Of a stretch of 64,000 nt of DNA, positions 1 through 10,675 are shown piece after piece; the stretch's first letter is position 1; each line of letters begins with the position of its first letter. The position numbers and the translations under genes were made by a program. The notes under the pieces were generated by a model. The model worked only from the letters and a program-made list of their open reading frames with translations, did no database searches and was not told the origin of the DNA. The stretch is from Rebecca billardiae RCC1528. Lineage: Eukaryota; Protista; Haptophyta. Location: positions 1,116,001-1,180,000 of the forward strand of contig OZ251238.1 of NCBI GenBank assembly GCA_965240325.2, given 5' to 3'.

Positions 1-449
1 CTCTCGCGCCTCGCATGAAGGCGGAGACGGCGGGGATCGTTGCTCGCGCGGCCTGCGCGATCCGCCGCCCCGCGGCAGAACCGGCTTCGTGCCGCTTCGA
101 CCGGCTTCGTGTTTTAAATATGCAGGCTTCAGACGAGAGAAAAATACCGTCCCTGATTCGTCTGTAGTGGTACTGGTCGAAGCTTGCAGCAGTGGCAGTG
201 GTGTGAGCGCGTTGATGTTGGTCCCCATGGCGGATGTCGTTGTTGTCGTCGTCCGGACGTCGTCAGGCCCACCAGGAAGTGCATGGGTACGAAATCAAAG
301 GCGAGTGAGCATGTTGGCGTCGGCCAGGCCGTCCCCTACTTGGTCAGCAGCTGGTGCGGATGATGTCGTCGCCTACTTGGTCAGTGGCAGGTCATGGTGG
401 ACGATGGTGTAGCCTGTTCTTGGTCAGCAGCTGGTGGGTGATGTTGTGG

Positions 450-910
450 CCGAAGTTAATAGTAGTTGGACTCGCCTGAGTTAGTAGTAGTTGGACTCGC
501 CGAAGTTGGTAGTAGTTGGACTCGCCGAAGTTAGTAGTAGTTGGACTCGCCTGAGTTAGTAGTAGTTGGACTCGCCGAAGTTAGTAGTAGTTGGACTCGC
601 CGAAGTTAGTAGTAGTTGGACTCGCCGAAGTTAGTAGTCGTAGTTGGACTCGCCGAAGTTAGTAGTAGTTGGACTCGCCGAAGTTAGTAGTAGTTGGACT
701 CGCCGAAGTTAGTAGTAGTTGGACTCGCCGAAGTTAGTAGTAGTAGTTGGACTCACCGAGGTTAGTAGTAGTTGGACTCGCCGAAGTTAGTAGTAGTTGG
801 ACTCGCCGAAGTTAGTAGTAGCTTTGGACTCGCCGAAGTTAGTAGTAGTTGGACTCGCCGAAGTTTGTAGTAGTTGGACTCGCCGAAGTTAGTAGTAGTT
901 GGACTCGCCG
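450..910. repeat. Tandem array of a 25-bp unit (GCCGAAGTTAGTAGTAGTTGGACTC), about 18 copies with small indels
   Basis: Directly visible head-to-tail copies with variants (gcctgag, extra TAG); no unique spacers. Confidence 0.95.
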
Positions 911-989
911 TCGGGGACTGGTTCCGGTACTTGTGGGGGATGGCCGTGTCTCTGCTGGGCCTGGTGGTTCTGGTTGAGCTCGTCCTCCT

Positions 990-1018
<29 letters not shown>
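990..1018. repeat. Poly-C run (poly-G on the minus strand), about 29 nt
   Basis: Directly visible; lies between the retroelement ORF stop and the tandem array. Confidence 0.9.
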
Positions 1019-1020
<2 letters not shown>

Positions 1021-3088
1021 CGCTTGGGCAGTTCCCCCACCCTCCCCAGCAGGGGCCTCTGGCCAGCCTGAGTTCTGCCTGCGGGCCCGTGGCCTCAGTG
1101 GGCCTGACCTGGCAGTGCCCTTGGGACTGTGGTCCTGTAATGGCCTCTCCAGTGAGAGATGACCCTGGTCTGTCCGAGTGCGCCCGCTGCCAGCCTGGTG
1201 GCCACTTGGGGCCAGGGTAGCACCTCAATGTGCAGCGGGTCGTGCCGGTTGTACTGGGGGGAGCCTGGGCTGTGGAAGACCTGGACCATACGAAGAGGGG
1301 CGCCGGTGTGAGGGTCTCTGGTGACCAGGACGACTGTGGTGTTCGCCCCTGCTGCCACACAGGGGAGGAGTGCATCTGCCAACGGGGTGCCAGCCTCTCG
1401 AACCGTGCCCAGGGTGGCAGCCGCTGCTGCTGCCCTCTGTGCGCTCCCATCGGGCTCGAGGTGGGCCGGCTGGAGGGCCACTGCGGCCGCCAGGACCCCC
1501 TGGTGCTGCGCACTCAGGGACAGGGCGTGCTGTACGGTGGCTTGCCTCAGTGCCTGGGCGCTCCTGGTTGCCCCTGCTGGGTCTTCGCGGGCCCCTGCGC
1601 GGGTGACGCCCAGTACCGCAAGGAACCCGCAGTTGGCACCAGTGCCATCGACGTCAGCATCCTGCAGTTCAGCTGCTGCATAGTAGGCATTGAGGGCCTG
1701 TTGGCCAGGTTCCTGCTGGGCCAGTGGGCCAGGGGGTGGAGGGGCCCTGCTGCCGGCCGGGGGCTGGCGCCCCCCTGCTGGGCCCTCCTGGCTGCTTGAT
1801 GGGGGTCGGGGGCCCTGTGTTCGGTCAGGGGAGGGTGTGAGTCTTGGGCCGCTGGCGGACGATCCCTGGGTCTGCCCATCTCTGGGGCTCGCTCCCCCTG
1901 TGAGGCGGCCGCGGCGGAGAGCGGTGAGGAAGTGCGCGAGGTCGTACCAGCGCTGGCGGCCCTCCGTCCCAGCTGTAGCTAGCTCGAGGCGCTTGTGGTG
2001 GATGTGGGTGGTGACGCTGACGATGGTAGAGTGTAAGCTTCCCACCTTGTAGCTGCCGTCCCGCCCGGCTGGCTGGCCATCCTGCTCGTCTGACTGGTCT
2101 GCATCGGCAGAGGCGCTGTTACTGTCTCCCCCGTCCCGCGCGGTCCGCCAGGGGTACTGTTTTGCGCTCTCCTGGGCGGCTGCCACTACTGCCTTGGGGA
2201 TCTGGCCCGCATAGTAGTGCCGGTGGGCTGTAGCCTGCTCTGCCAGGTCTTGCCTGTCTTGCATCGGCATCCTGCCGCCAGTGCGCTTGTCAAGCATCCG
2301 GATGATGCTATGCTGTGCCATGCTCCTGGCGTCGGCGTGGGGGCAGTCACAGAAGACGTGCGTGGCAGAGTCCGGCCCAGGGGCGTCCGATCCTGCCTCG
2401 AGGCAGAACAGACAGTCGGTGCCCAGCGTGCAGTCCGGCCATTGCTGGCTATATGGGACTGCATCCAATCCTGGGTTGGCCCCTGCAGCATCTTGATTAT
2501 ACTCCAGCGCCCCGACGCAGCACCTGAGGACGAACTTGGTGAGGCGCTCTGGCTTGGTGAACTGGTTCCGCAGCGAGAGGGTGGATTCCTGGGTGTGTAG
2601 GGAGTCGTCCCCCATCTTGATGGCGTACTTGGCGCTCCTGCGCTGCCTCTCTGCCGCCTGTTCGGGGGACTCGTCGTTGCCAGGGGTGGGATCCAGGCGC
2701 GCCTCCAGGGCTGCTCTGCGGGCGCGCTCTATTACCAGCCTCCTGACAGGGAGGGGCCCCGACTGCAGGAGAGCCCCTGCAGTGTCCACCAGCCCATATG
2801 CTGCAGGGAGCCAGACGTTCTTTCCTAGCATGTGTGATGGGTCCATGCCATCTACAGCCACTCGCTTGGCTGCCCAGTCCGCACACAGGTTGCATACAGT
2901 GCGGTCCACGTCTTCGGAGGAAGGTTCGGTGCCCACGAAGGCCCTGGTGGCTCTGGGCTCAAGCCTCATGGCAAATAAAAGCTTTTCCGTCGGCCAATTC
3001 CGTTTGTTCGGTCCTGGGCGCGCCAATTGAAAGCGCAAGCAGGGCGGACACGTCAGCCAGCCGCCATCGCAGCCGGGCGTGGTGGGAC

Positions 3089-3817
3089 ATGGACGGCAGC
3101 TACGAGCTCGTGCGTAGCCGCGACGGCACATCCTGGGTGCTTCCATCGGGCCAGGAGAGCTCAGTCGCAGATGATGCCAGTGCCGAGGCCATGACCACGC
3201 TTGACACTCTCATGAGGAGCGTGCAAACTGAGGACGCGAGCGCAGCCTCGTCAGTCGCGTCGCTCGACCAGCCGCCGGCCATGGCTGAGGCGGAGGGTGA
3301 GCATGCGGCAAGGGCGGCACACGGAGAGTCGGCTTCAGGCCACACGCGTCGCCGTGTCCTGGCCATCGCCGTCGGTGTGTTGGCCGTCGCCTGGCTCGCC
3401 ATGCGCAGCAGTGGCCAGGTTAGTGCACTCAACGATGGGCAGTATGCATCGCCGGCGGCAATGTTCGTCGGTGGCAACGCCTCTGCGCTCGACGTCGCAT
3501 CGGTGGACCCACGGCCCTCCCGGCGCAGCACCGACACGGCACCGCCACCTTCTCCCTCGCTGCTCACATGGCTCAGCACCGACACAGCACCGCCACCTTC
3601 ACCCTCGCTGCGCACATGGCTTGAGAAGGTGGCCACGCCGTGCACACTCTCCAAGATGGGCCTCTCCCTCGGGCTGGGGACGATTGGCCTCGCGGTTGGG
3701 GTGCCGTACGTGCCTGGCGTGACTGACAACCTGATCATGGGTGTGATCGCATCGGCCCTGCCTTTCTGGGCGTCCGCGCCCTGCGCGGACGACGTTCGTC
3801 CCAAACGGGGCGACTGA
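3089..3817 (+). CDS. Hypothetical membrane protein (about 242 aa) with an internal duplicated STDTAPPPSPSLxTWL motif
   Basis: ATG at 3089 inside ORF 2798..3817; hydrophobic segments VLAIAVGVLAVAWLAM and LSLGLGTIGLAVGV; 48-bp duplication near 3527-3622. Confidence 0.55.
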   Translation: MDGSYELVRSRDGTSWVLPSGQESSVADDASAEAMTTLDTLMRSVQTEDASAASSVASLDQPPAMAEAEGEHAARAAHGESASGHTRRRVLAIAVGVLAVAWLAMRSSGQVSALNDGQYASPAAMFVGGNASALDVASVDPRPSRRSTDTAPPPSPSLLTWLSTDTAPPPSPSLRTWLEKVATPCTLSKMGLSLGLGTIGLAVGVPYVPGVTDNLIMGVIASALPFWASAPCADDVRPKRGD

Positions 3818-4737
3818 TCATCCTGGCTGAGATATTGATGCATCCCCCGCCGCGAGCGGAGTCGCAGCCCGCTTACGACGCCATTCGCGAGCACCTGAGT
3901 CGTACCGTCTGAAGCACAGCCTCGTCGCCTGCGACGTTTGCGCTCCGGCGACACAGGCGTCACTGTGGGTCCGTGCGGCGGGGGCCGCATGATCCGCACA
4001 GCGGCCACGCCGCACAGCGACCCTCTCATCCGGGACGAGTTCGGCCATGCCATACTGTCCATGATGCTGCCCTCCTCAAGCATGCCGCGCTCGGACTCTC
4101 CGCCGGCGCATGCGACCATGACCGCGCAGCCCATCGGCTCCGAGTCACGTCAAATCAGCGCATCGTCTTCCGGTAATCACGGATTCCGCGCATATTCGCG
4201 GTGATGCGGCTGATACTGCTACTACTATACTCGGCTCATCTTTATCTAATGCATGGTAGTGTCTGGACTCTGGTGAGTGAGGTGAGTCGGACTACTCGGA
4301 GTCTCTGACTTCAGTCATCGCCGCATCGGAGTAATCAGCAGTGAGCGGCAGGCCGGCAGGGCGCGGCGCGGATTGGGCCAATCATCGATGGCGACGATGC
4401 TGCGGGCAAGCGCGGCCCGGCCGCTGGTCTGCATCTGATGGCGGCGCCGGCGCCATGCCTCACGGGCCACGGCCTCAGCCCCGGCAGCCTCGGACGACGC
4501 GATGCCGGCACTGCCTCGGTACCACGACGTGGCGGCACTGCCTCGGTACCACGGGGCGTGGTACCACGTGGACGATCACCATGGCACCGTCGAGCTATAC
4601 AGAGCGGTTGAGGTAGACGCTCCAGCCATCTCGCACCATGTCATGACAACGTGAAGATGGGGCCAACGACAAATGCCAGGGTGAAGCACAGCCAAGCTTG
4701 CGTCGCCGCCGATGGCGCGTGGCTCGCGCGCCGTCGC

Positions 4738-5238
4738 CTACTGCGCATCAAGGAAGGCCTGGTGCGCATCCATGTAGGCTGGGAGGCCCGACGCCGCCTT
4801 CCCCAGGATATAGATGATCGCCACGCCCCACGTGACCGTCAGCACAATCTGCTTGACCGGAAGCGACGAGTAGTTTGGCTTGCGGCCGGTGCGCTTCGCC
4901 TCGAGCTCGTTGAACGTCCAGCTGTTCGGGTCCGCGAGGTAGAAGTCCATGTTGCCCTGCGCCTCCATGCGGCTGCACTTCGCCTTCGCCTGGTAGTTCT
5001 GCACGCTCTTCTCGTACTTGTCCGGATCAGTGATCCGCTGGAAGAACGGCACAGGGCCGTGACGAAGCAGGCTGCCCACAGGACCATAACCCTCCTCGTC
5101 GCTGGACGAGGCTGCGCGCACGAGCGCGCGGGGAGAGGCGACCAACGGGCGAGCAGCGAGCGGAGTTGCCCGGCTGGAGCCCAGGTTCGTCGCCACGCGC
5201 ACGTGCGCGGCGAGCGCAATCACGACGACGCCGATCAT
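4738..5238 (-). CDS. Small probable plastid membrane protein of unknown function (166 aa)
   Basis: Hydrophobic N-terminus then R/S/A-rich transit-like stretch; globular core (GYGPVGSLLRHGPVPFF...EAQGNMDFY..DPNSW); one C-terminal TM helix. Confidence 0.75.
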   Translation of the reverse strand: MIGVVVIALAAHVRVATNLGSSRATPLAARPLVASPRALVRAASSSDEEGYGPVGSLLRHGPVPFFQRITDPDKYEKSVQNYQAKAKCSRMEAQGNMDFYLADPNSWTFNELEAKRTGRKPNYSSLPVKQIVLTVTWGVAIIYILGKAASGLPAYMDAHQAFLDAQ

Positions 5239-5520
5239 ATCGATGGACGAGTTGCGAGCGCACCGATTCCCGCGCCCGGGTCCGCCGCCGCGGGGCCGGC
5301 GCGCAGAGCACAGCGGGCGGTCCGGATGATTTCCGCAATTTCAGAAATTCCGCAGCTCGCCGCTCGCGAATTCCGCTCGCCGCAGCGGCGGCTCTGCGGC
5401 GGCAGAGCCTGCGGCGGCAGCCGAATATCTGGTTGCTGAGCAACCGCACTGTGCGCTTATTTTTTTGGTTGGGCACTGCCGAGTGTGCGCACGACGTGAA
5501 GACGACTTCGTGAACTGCAA

Positions 5521-6858
5521 TCACGCGCGCGCCGCACCGGCGAGGCTGCTGTCGTTGCGATGTGCAATGACGCCAGCCAGGGCCCACTGAGCCTCTCGTA
5601 TCGGCGGCGGCGTCACGTTGGGATCGCGTCGGAGTGGTTTGCCTGCACTACTGACGCCGCGCGCCCGGCGGCGGGCCGGCGACTGCGAGGCCTCGGGCCT
5701 GGCACCAGGCAGCTGCTGCTGGCGCTTCTGGTAGTTGGCCAGTGCGCTGCGGCACTTGATGGCGGGCGTATGGCTGACGCAGTCGTCGACGAGCTCGAGC
5801 GGCGGCTGCCCCATCTTGCAGCAGTGCAGCTGCATCCACTGCGTCAGCTGCTTCTGCTTGAGCGCTGCCGAGCTCGAGCCGTGCCAGAGCGGCCGGTCGA
5901 GCGGCGCGCCCGCAGCGCCGTGCACGAAGCGCTGCACCCGTGCGTGCACCTCCGCGTCCGTCGGCCGTCTGGAGAAGTCGACCTCGAGCAGCCGATCCGG
6001 CGGGACGACGCACCGAACCAGCTGCGCGTGCAGCCCGTACAGGGCGACGGTGTGCGCGCGCGACACGTGCTGCATGCGCAGGTTGCACGGCCGATCGACC
6101 GGCGCGCGCATGTTGCACTTGACCGCGCCGTTGCAGTGCAGCCTGCGCGCGTCCACCCACGACGCGGGCTCGCGCAGCGTGAGCAGCGCCGACACGCGCG
6201 GCAGCGCGCGGTACAGGTCGAGGAAGTACTCTGCCGACGGGCTGTCCACGATGGCGTCCGGCCGGATCTGCCAGGTCGCCGCCTTGGCCCAGTCGACACG
6301 ATCGAGCGATTGAAAGCACACGCGCCGGCCACCCGCGGAGTCGCCGAGGAGGCGGGCGCCCTCCGGGTCTGCCCTCCGCGCGAGGCGCTCGGCGTGCACC
6401 AGCTGGTCGCGCCACGCATGCGTCATCTTCGAGTGGCGACTCGTCTTCGCGCTGAAGTCCGGCTGTGCTGGCGACAGGATGTCCGATGCATGGAACACAG
6501 TGAGGCCGGCGCGCGCGAGCAGCTGCGCGATCGTGCGAGTACCGCTCGAGCCAAAGCCCGCGCCGACGAGCAGGAGCTTGGTGCTCGCCTTCCGCGGGAG
6601 CCGGGTCGCGTTCATGCGGCGATCCAGGCCTGCCGCGAGCGCGCGGCCGTGCTCGAACAATACTGGCGCATCGCCGAACTGCTGCTGCAGCTGCTCGGCG
6701 TATTGCAGCACGCACGTGCGGAATCGAGCGTCGCCGTGGGGGTCGACTAGGTCCGCGGGCGTGTCGCCCGCGTCCAGCCCGCGCCCTGCAGCGCCGCGAT
6801 CGACGAGCACGCCCGCAAGCACGAGTAGAGGTCCTCGCCAGGGGCCATGCGCCGCCAT
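5521..6858 (-). CDS. Secretory-pathway sulfotransferase-family P-loop protein (Sulfotransfer_4-like)
   Basis: Signal peptide; VGAGFGSSGTRTIAQLL PAPS-loop-like motif; DAIVDSP..YFLDLY and LLTLREPASW motifs typical of this family. Confidence 0.75.
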   Translation of the reverse strand: MAAHGPWRGPLLVLAGVLVDRGAAGRGLDAGDTPADLVDPHGDARFRTCVLQYAEQLQQQFGDAPVLFEHGRALAAGLDRRMNATRLPRKASTKLLLVGAGFGSSGTRTIAQLLARAGLTVFHASDILSPAQPDFSAKTSRHSKMTHAWRDQLVHAERLARRADPEGARLLGDSAGGRRVCFQSLDRVDWAKAATWQIRPDAIVDSPSAEYFLDLYRALPRVSALLTLREPASWVDARRLHCNGAVKCNMRAPVDRPCNLRMQHVSRAHTVALYGLHAQLVRCVVPPDRLLEVDFSRRPTDAEVHARVQRFVHGAAGAPLDRPLWHGSSSAALKQKQLTQWMQLHCCKMGQPPLELVDDCVSHTPAIKCRSALANYQKRQQQLPGARPEASQSPARRRARGVSSAGKPLRRDPNVTPPPIREAQWALAGVIAHRNDSSLAGAARA

Positions 6859-6865
6859 CGTTGGT

Positions 6866-6915
6866 AATCTCGCCTGCCTGAGCTGTGTGCGTCCCTTATT
6901 CTTAGTAAACTGTAC
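6866..6915 (+). mobile_element. Single arm of small palindromic MITE family (AATCTCGCCTGCCTGAGCTGTGTGCGTC...AGTAAACTGTA)
   Basis: Same sequence recurs reverse-complemented at 21661-21706 and 21922-21960 and as both arms at 53622-53730. Confidence 0.8.
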
Positions 6916-7014
6916 CTGTATGCTGAACGTAAAGTACTATTGAACGTACTACAATATGTAAAGGTCGTATGGGGGTAAACGCTGCTTTGAATCTTTGATG
7001 ATGTGACGACAACG

Positions 7015-8526
7015 ATGGCGGCGATGGCCTTCGCTTTGCTGTTGCTGCTCGCGCTCTCGGTTGCGCCAGCGGAGGAGTTCGGGAGCGTCACGGGAGCGAG
7101 CGGACGCGGGCCCGTTCCGCCTGTGCTGGCGTACCACACGGCCGTCGGCGACGTCGTGCGCGTCGGCTTCCCAAGCTCGCTCGCGAGCGCCGGCGGGACG
7201 ACAGCGTGCGCTCGGAACGGCGTGCGATGGGGCCCCGTCGCCTCGCCTCGCCGCCGGCTGATCCTGATGCCCACGTTCCCCGCGCACTTCTCCGAGGCGA
7301 TCGGTGCGCTCACCTCGCTCCTCACCTTCGCCGCCGACCCGGAGGAGCTGTCCATGCGGCTCGTGACCGGCTCTATTGAGGAGAGTCGAAGTCTGCGCGA
7401 GCGCATTGAGCGCACCGCGTTCCGCACGTGCGCTGCGCCCGGGGTGGCAAGTGGCACCGACGGCGCGCACGCCCTCGACGTGGGCATCCTCGACATCCTC
7501 TCCATCGGCCGCGCGTACAACGTCAGCGTCGTGCCGTACCAATCCAACTTCTCGATGGAGGACAAGTCGGGCGTCCGAGGCGGCGCGCCGCACCGGAACA
7601 AGTACCTCTGGCAATTCATCAAGAAGCTGTACGGCGCGCGCTTCTTCGGCGCGGAGCAGACGCTCGTGCTCGACTCCGAGTCGCGCGCGCTCCGACCCTT
7701 CTCCGCGCGCGCCGTGTGGGACTCGTACTTCGCGCCGGGCGCCTTCCCGAACGTGCCGCTCACGATCGACCGGCGCGAGTGCCGCGCGTGCATGCACTTT
7801 CTGGGTGGGCGCGCGGCCGTGCACGCGCCCAAGGGGCCGCAGCCGTGCGCCGGCGGGTTCCAGTGGTTCTGGCGGCGCGACATCGTCGCCGGGCTCTTCG
7901 CGCGCGTCGAGGCGCTGCACCGCCGCCCACTGTACGAGGTGGCGTCCGAGCTCTTCCAAGGGCAGCGCTGCTTCGAAGTATTTCTGTATGCGCAGTATGT
8001 CTTCAACAATCGGCCGCTGCGAGCGCAGCACCGCTTTGTGCCCTCGGCAGCGTGGTTCGAGGGGCACAAGCTCTCGGCGCAGACCATGCACATCAATATA
8101 CTCTCGCGCGGGCTCATGCGCAAGAAGACGGGCTGGGGCAAGGACGTGCTCAAGCTCGCGCAGCTCGTCGACGATGAGCGGTTGACAGTGGCGCGCGTTC
8201 CCGTGTGGGGCATCTGGGTCGCCAGAGGGCTGGCGAAGGGCAAGGCGCGCGCGATCCTCGAGATGACGCGGCGCGTGGCGTGCGTGGTGGCCCTCTCGCG
8301 CTGGCTCGTCTTCTCCGCGAGCGACACGCTCTCGAAGGAGTGGGGCACGCTTCTGCACCAAGTCGTGCACAACACCTCGGCGCACTGCATGGCGGCAGTG
8401 CCGACTCCTTTCGGCGTGATGCTCAGGCAGGCCAAGAGCGAGCGCGCGGCTGCAGCTGCTAGGGGCGGCCAGGGCCCCGCTGAACCAATGGTCCGGCTGG
8501 CAGCAGCCTCGCTTGCGGTGGCGTGA
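7015..8526 (+). CDS. Secreted protein, possible GT-A-like glycosyltransferase
   Basis: Signal peptide MAAMAFALLLLLALSVAPA; YLWQFIKKLYG followed by LVLDSE (DxD-like); host-like codon usage; function tentative. Confidence 0.6.
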   Translation: MAAMAFALLLLLALSVAPAEEFGSVTGASGRGPVPPVLAYHTAVGDVVRVGFPSSLASAGGTTACARNGVRWGPVASPRRRLILMPTFPAHFSEAIGALTSLLTFAADPEELSMRLVTGSIEESRSLRERIERTAFRTCAAPGVASGTDGAHALDVGILDILSIGRAYNVSVVPYQSNFSMEDKSGVRGGAPHRNKYLWQFIKKLYGARFFGAEQTLVLDSESRALRPFSARAVWDSYFAPGAFPNVPLTIDRRECRACMHFLGGRAAVHAPKGPQPCAGGFQWFWRRDIVAGLFARVEALHRRPLYEVASELFQGQRCFEVFLYAQYVFNNRPLRAQHRFVPSAAWFEGHKLSAQTMHINILSRGLMRKKTGWGKDVLKLAQLVDDERLTVARVPVWGIWVARGLAKGKARAILEMTRRVACVVALSRWLVFSASDTLSKEWGTLLHQVVHNTSAHCMAAVPTPFGVMLRQAKSERAAAAARGGQGPAEPMVRLAAASLAVA

Positions 8527-8973
8527 TGACTCACGCGACGAGCTGACGCGGCGCACGGGCGCCGTCGCCGAGCCGCCGAGTGTCGGACGCGGCGGACCGG
8601 CGGTCGCCCTTATCGTCCCCTGACGAGAAGGTTACATCTGCACACCTATAACTTGACTGCTATAGACGCTGACTACGATAGTAGCACCTAGTACGATGCG
8701 GAGGATAATCAGATTCGTCACAGACACAGTGGCGGAGACAACTCGGATCGATCTCACTCTGCTGATGCGGGCCTGATGCCTGATGCTCAAGCTAGCTAGT
8801 AGCTATATGCTATATATATATATATATGGTATGTACACACCCACACACTGCACCTCCTACTGATGATGCAAGAATACTGCTGCTGCTACTGCTACAAATT
8901 TTGAGGCACTGTCAGGCTGCAACGACGCGGCGCGCAGCCTGCGATGAGCTTGCGCTCGCCTCATCCGAGCGCC

Positions 8974-10675
8974 TCATGGCGACCCGCTGCTCGCTGCGCC
9001 GCTCGCCGACTCGCCGAGGCCCTGTCCGAGGCCCTGGATCGCCTGCACAGGCGGCATGCGCTCCTGCTGCTGCAAGATGTACGAGCCGGCGTAATGCGGA
9101 TCCTCCAAGAAGTCGGTCAGCTCGTACCAGAGCTGCAGCGACGAGAGGACGAGCGGGTTGGACGGCACGGACGCGGCCCGCTGCTCGGGCAGCTCCTCGG
9201 CGAGCACGCCCTCGACACCGATCAGCTCGGGGCCGAGCTTGCCAGGCACGCCACAGCTGTTGCGCACCTTGCAGAAGGTCGACGGGTCGAGGCCGGCCTC
9301 CTCGGCCAGCCTGTAGATCGACGGGAGCGCCTCCTTGGGCACGTCCGGTGTGCGCGCGTACACAAAAGCGCCCTCATATTTATTCTGCACAGTGCGCCTG
9401 CGGAGCGTGGGCAGCGCGCGGGCCGCGGCGGTCGCGGGTGAGAGCGGGGCCTCGGGGGCGCCGGCGCGGCACACGCCCAGCCGGAGCTCCTCCGCGCGGC
9501 ACCGGCGCACCCAGGCAGGCCAGAGGCCAGCCGGGCGGGTGCGCCCGAGGGCATGCGGCGCGCCGCCGCAACGCGCGCGAGCGCGACGACGCACCCGTTG
9601 TAGTAGACAAATTTGAAGTCTGGCTCGTCGCGAGCGTTCTCGCCTATCAAGTACCTGCACGCGGGGGGGACGCGGGCGCGTCGAGCGCGGCGGGCACGCA
9701 CGTGTGTCAGGCGATCACCAGACGCGCTGTGCGCCGTTCACTGCTGGCGGCGGTGCGCGCGCGACCCGAGCGGTCGAGAGGGTGCGGTGCGCGCGCGCAC
9801 CAGTTCTCCCAGAAGCTAAGGCCGAACATGCTGCCCTGCGTGTGCGCCGTGCGCTTCGAGCCCGGCTCGTCGAACACCAGCGTCTCCTGCAGGTGCTTGT
9901 GGTTGTGGCTCGCGCGCAGCAGCTTGGCAGGCCGAGGCATGTCAAAGTCCACGTCAACAACCATCTTACCGTCCGCGCCCGGACCGTCGGAGACGCCGTG
10001 CACGCGCGCGGCCTTCTCGGCGGGCGTGAATTTGTTCTGCTGGCAGTCGTAGCAGTCGTACATCGAGTTCCACCCCATCACCTTGTACCACTTGCCCTCA
10101 AGCGATTTGGGGCTGAACGCGTGGACGACAGGCTTGGGCGGCTCCGGCACCTCATCCGGAGCGTCGGGCCCGGCGGGGAGGATGGCCGCCTTGATGCACG
10201 AGTGGTCCTCAATGGAGCACTTGATCAGGCCGTCCACGTCCGCGTTGCCGAAGCGCGCGAAGCAGCCCGAGATGCAGCCGGTGTCGCCGAGGCAGCGCGC
10301 GGTGCACACGAGCCCCTTCATGCACTCCGCGTTCTCGATGCATGCCTGCGTCTGCGCACCGCAGCTCGACTGGAAGCATTGCTTGTCGATCAGGGATGAG
10401 TCAAACTTGCCGCCGCACTGCTCCGCCAGCTCGTTCTCAGCCGTCGCGACCATCGGCAGCACCGCGAGCGCCGCAAACGCGAGCGAGTGCGCCGCTGCTG
10501 TGCGCGCACGCTCGAGCCACGCCGGCGCGGGTGCAGCCGCGACGACGGCGGCACGGCCGGGCCGGCGCATGGCGCACGCGCGGGACGAGCCCACCCGCAC
10601 GCTCCCGGCGCCGCCCGCGCTCTGCACCAGCGTCAGCACCACGACGAGCGCCGCGGCAAGCGAGCGTCGGAACAT
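8974..10675 (-). CDS. VDL: Violaxanthin de-epoxidase-like protein, plastid-targeted; exons 10675-9801, 9654-9595, 9397-8974
   Basis: Signal+transit presequence, Cys-rich N-domain (C..C...C..C..CTARCLGDTGCISGCFARFG), lipocalin GKWYKVMGWNSMYDCYDCQ; GT-AG introns restore FWENW/YLIG...YYNG/RTVQNKYEGAFVY. Confidence 0.85.

Larger units (their letters stand above)
450..2990 (-). mobile_element. 5'-truncated non-LTR (LINE-like) retrotransposon fragment: RNase H-like tail, CCHC zinc finger, C-terminal OTU-like domain, 3' region with G-run and tandem repeat
   Basis: ORF 1095..3146(-) contains CNLCADWAAK (resembles RNase H GNxxADxxAK), CLFC...SATHVFCDCP (zf-RVT-type C-C-H-C) and DVDGTGANCGFLAV...WRGHY (OTU-like); intronless; composition differs from host genes (fewer CG, more CTG/CAG/GGG). 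Boundaries approximate. Confidence 0.65.

Noticed and set aside
450-910. CRISPR array
   Set aside because: Units are contiguous with no unique spacers, no cas genes, eukaryotic context
4506-4570. Two to three copies of a GGTACCACG-containing 21-27-bp repeat
   Set aside because: Small local duplication in a 3' intergenic region with no further structure
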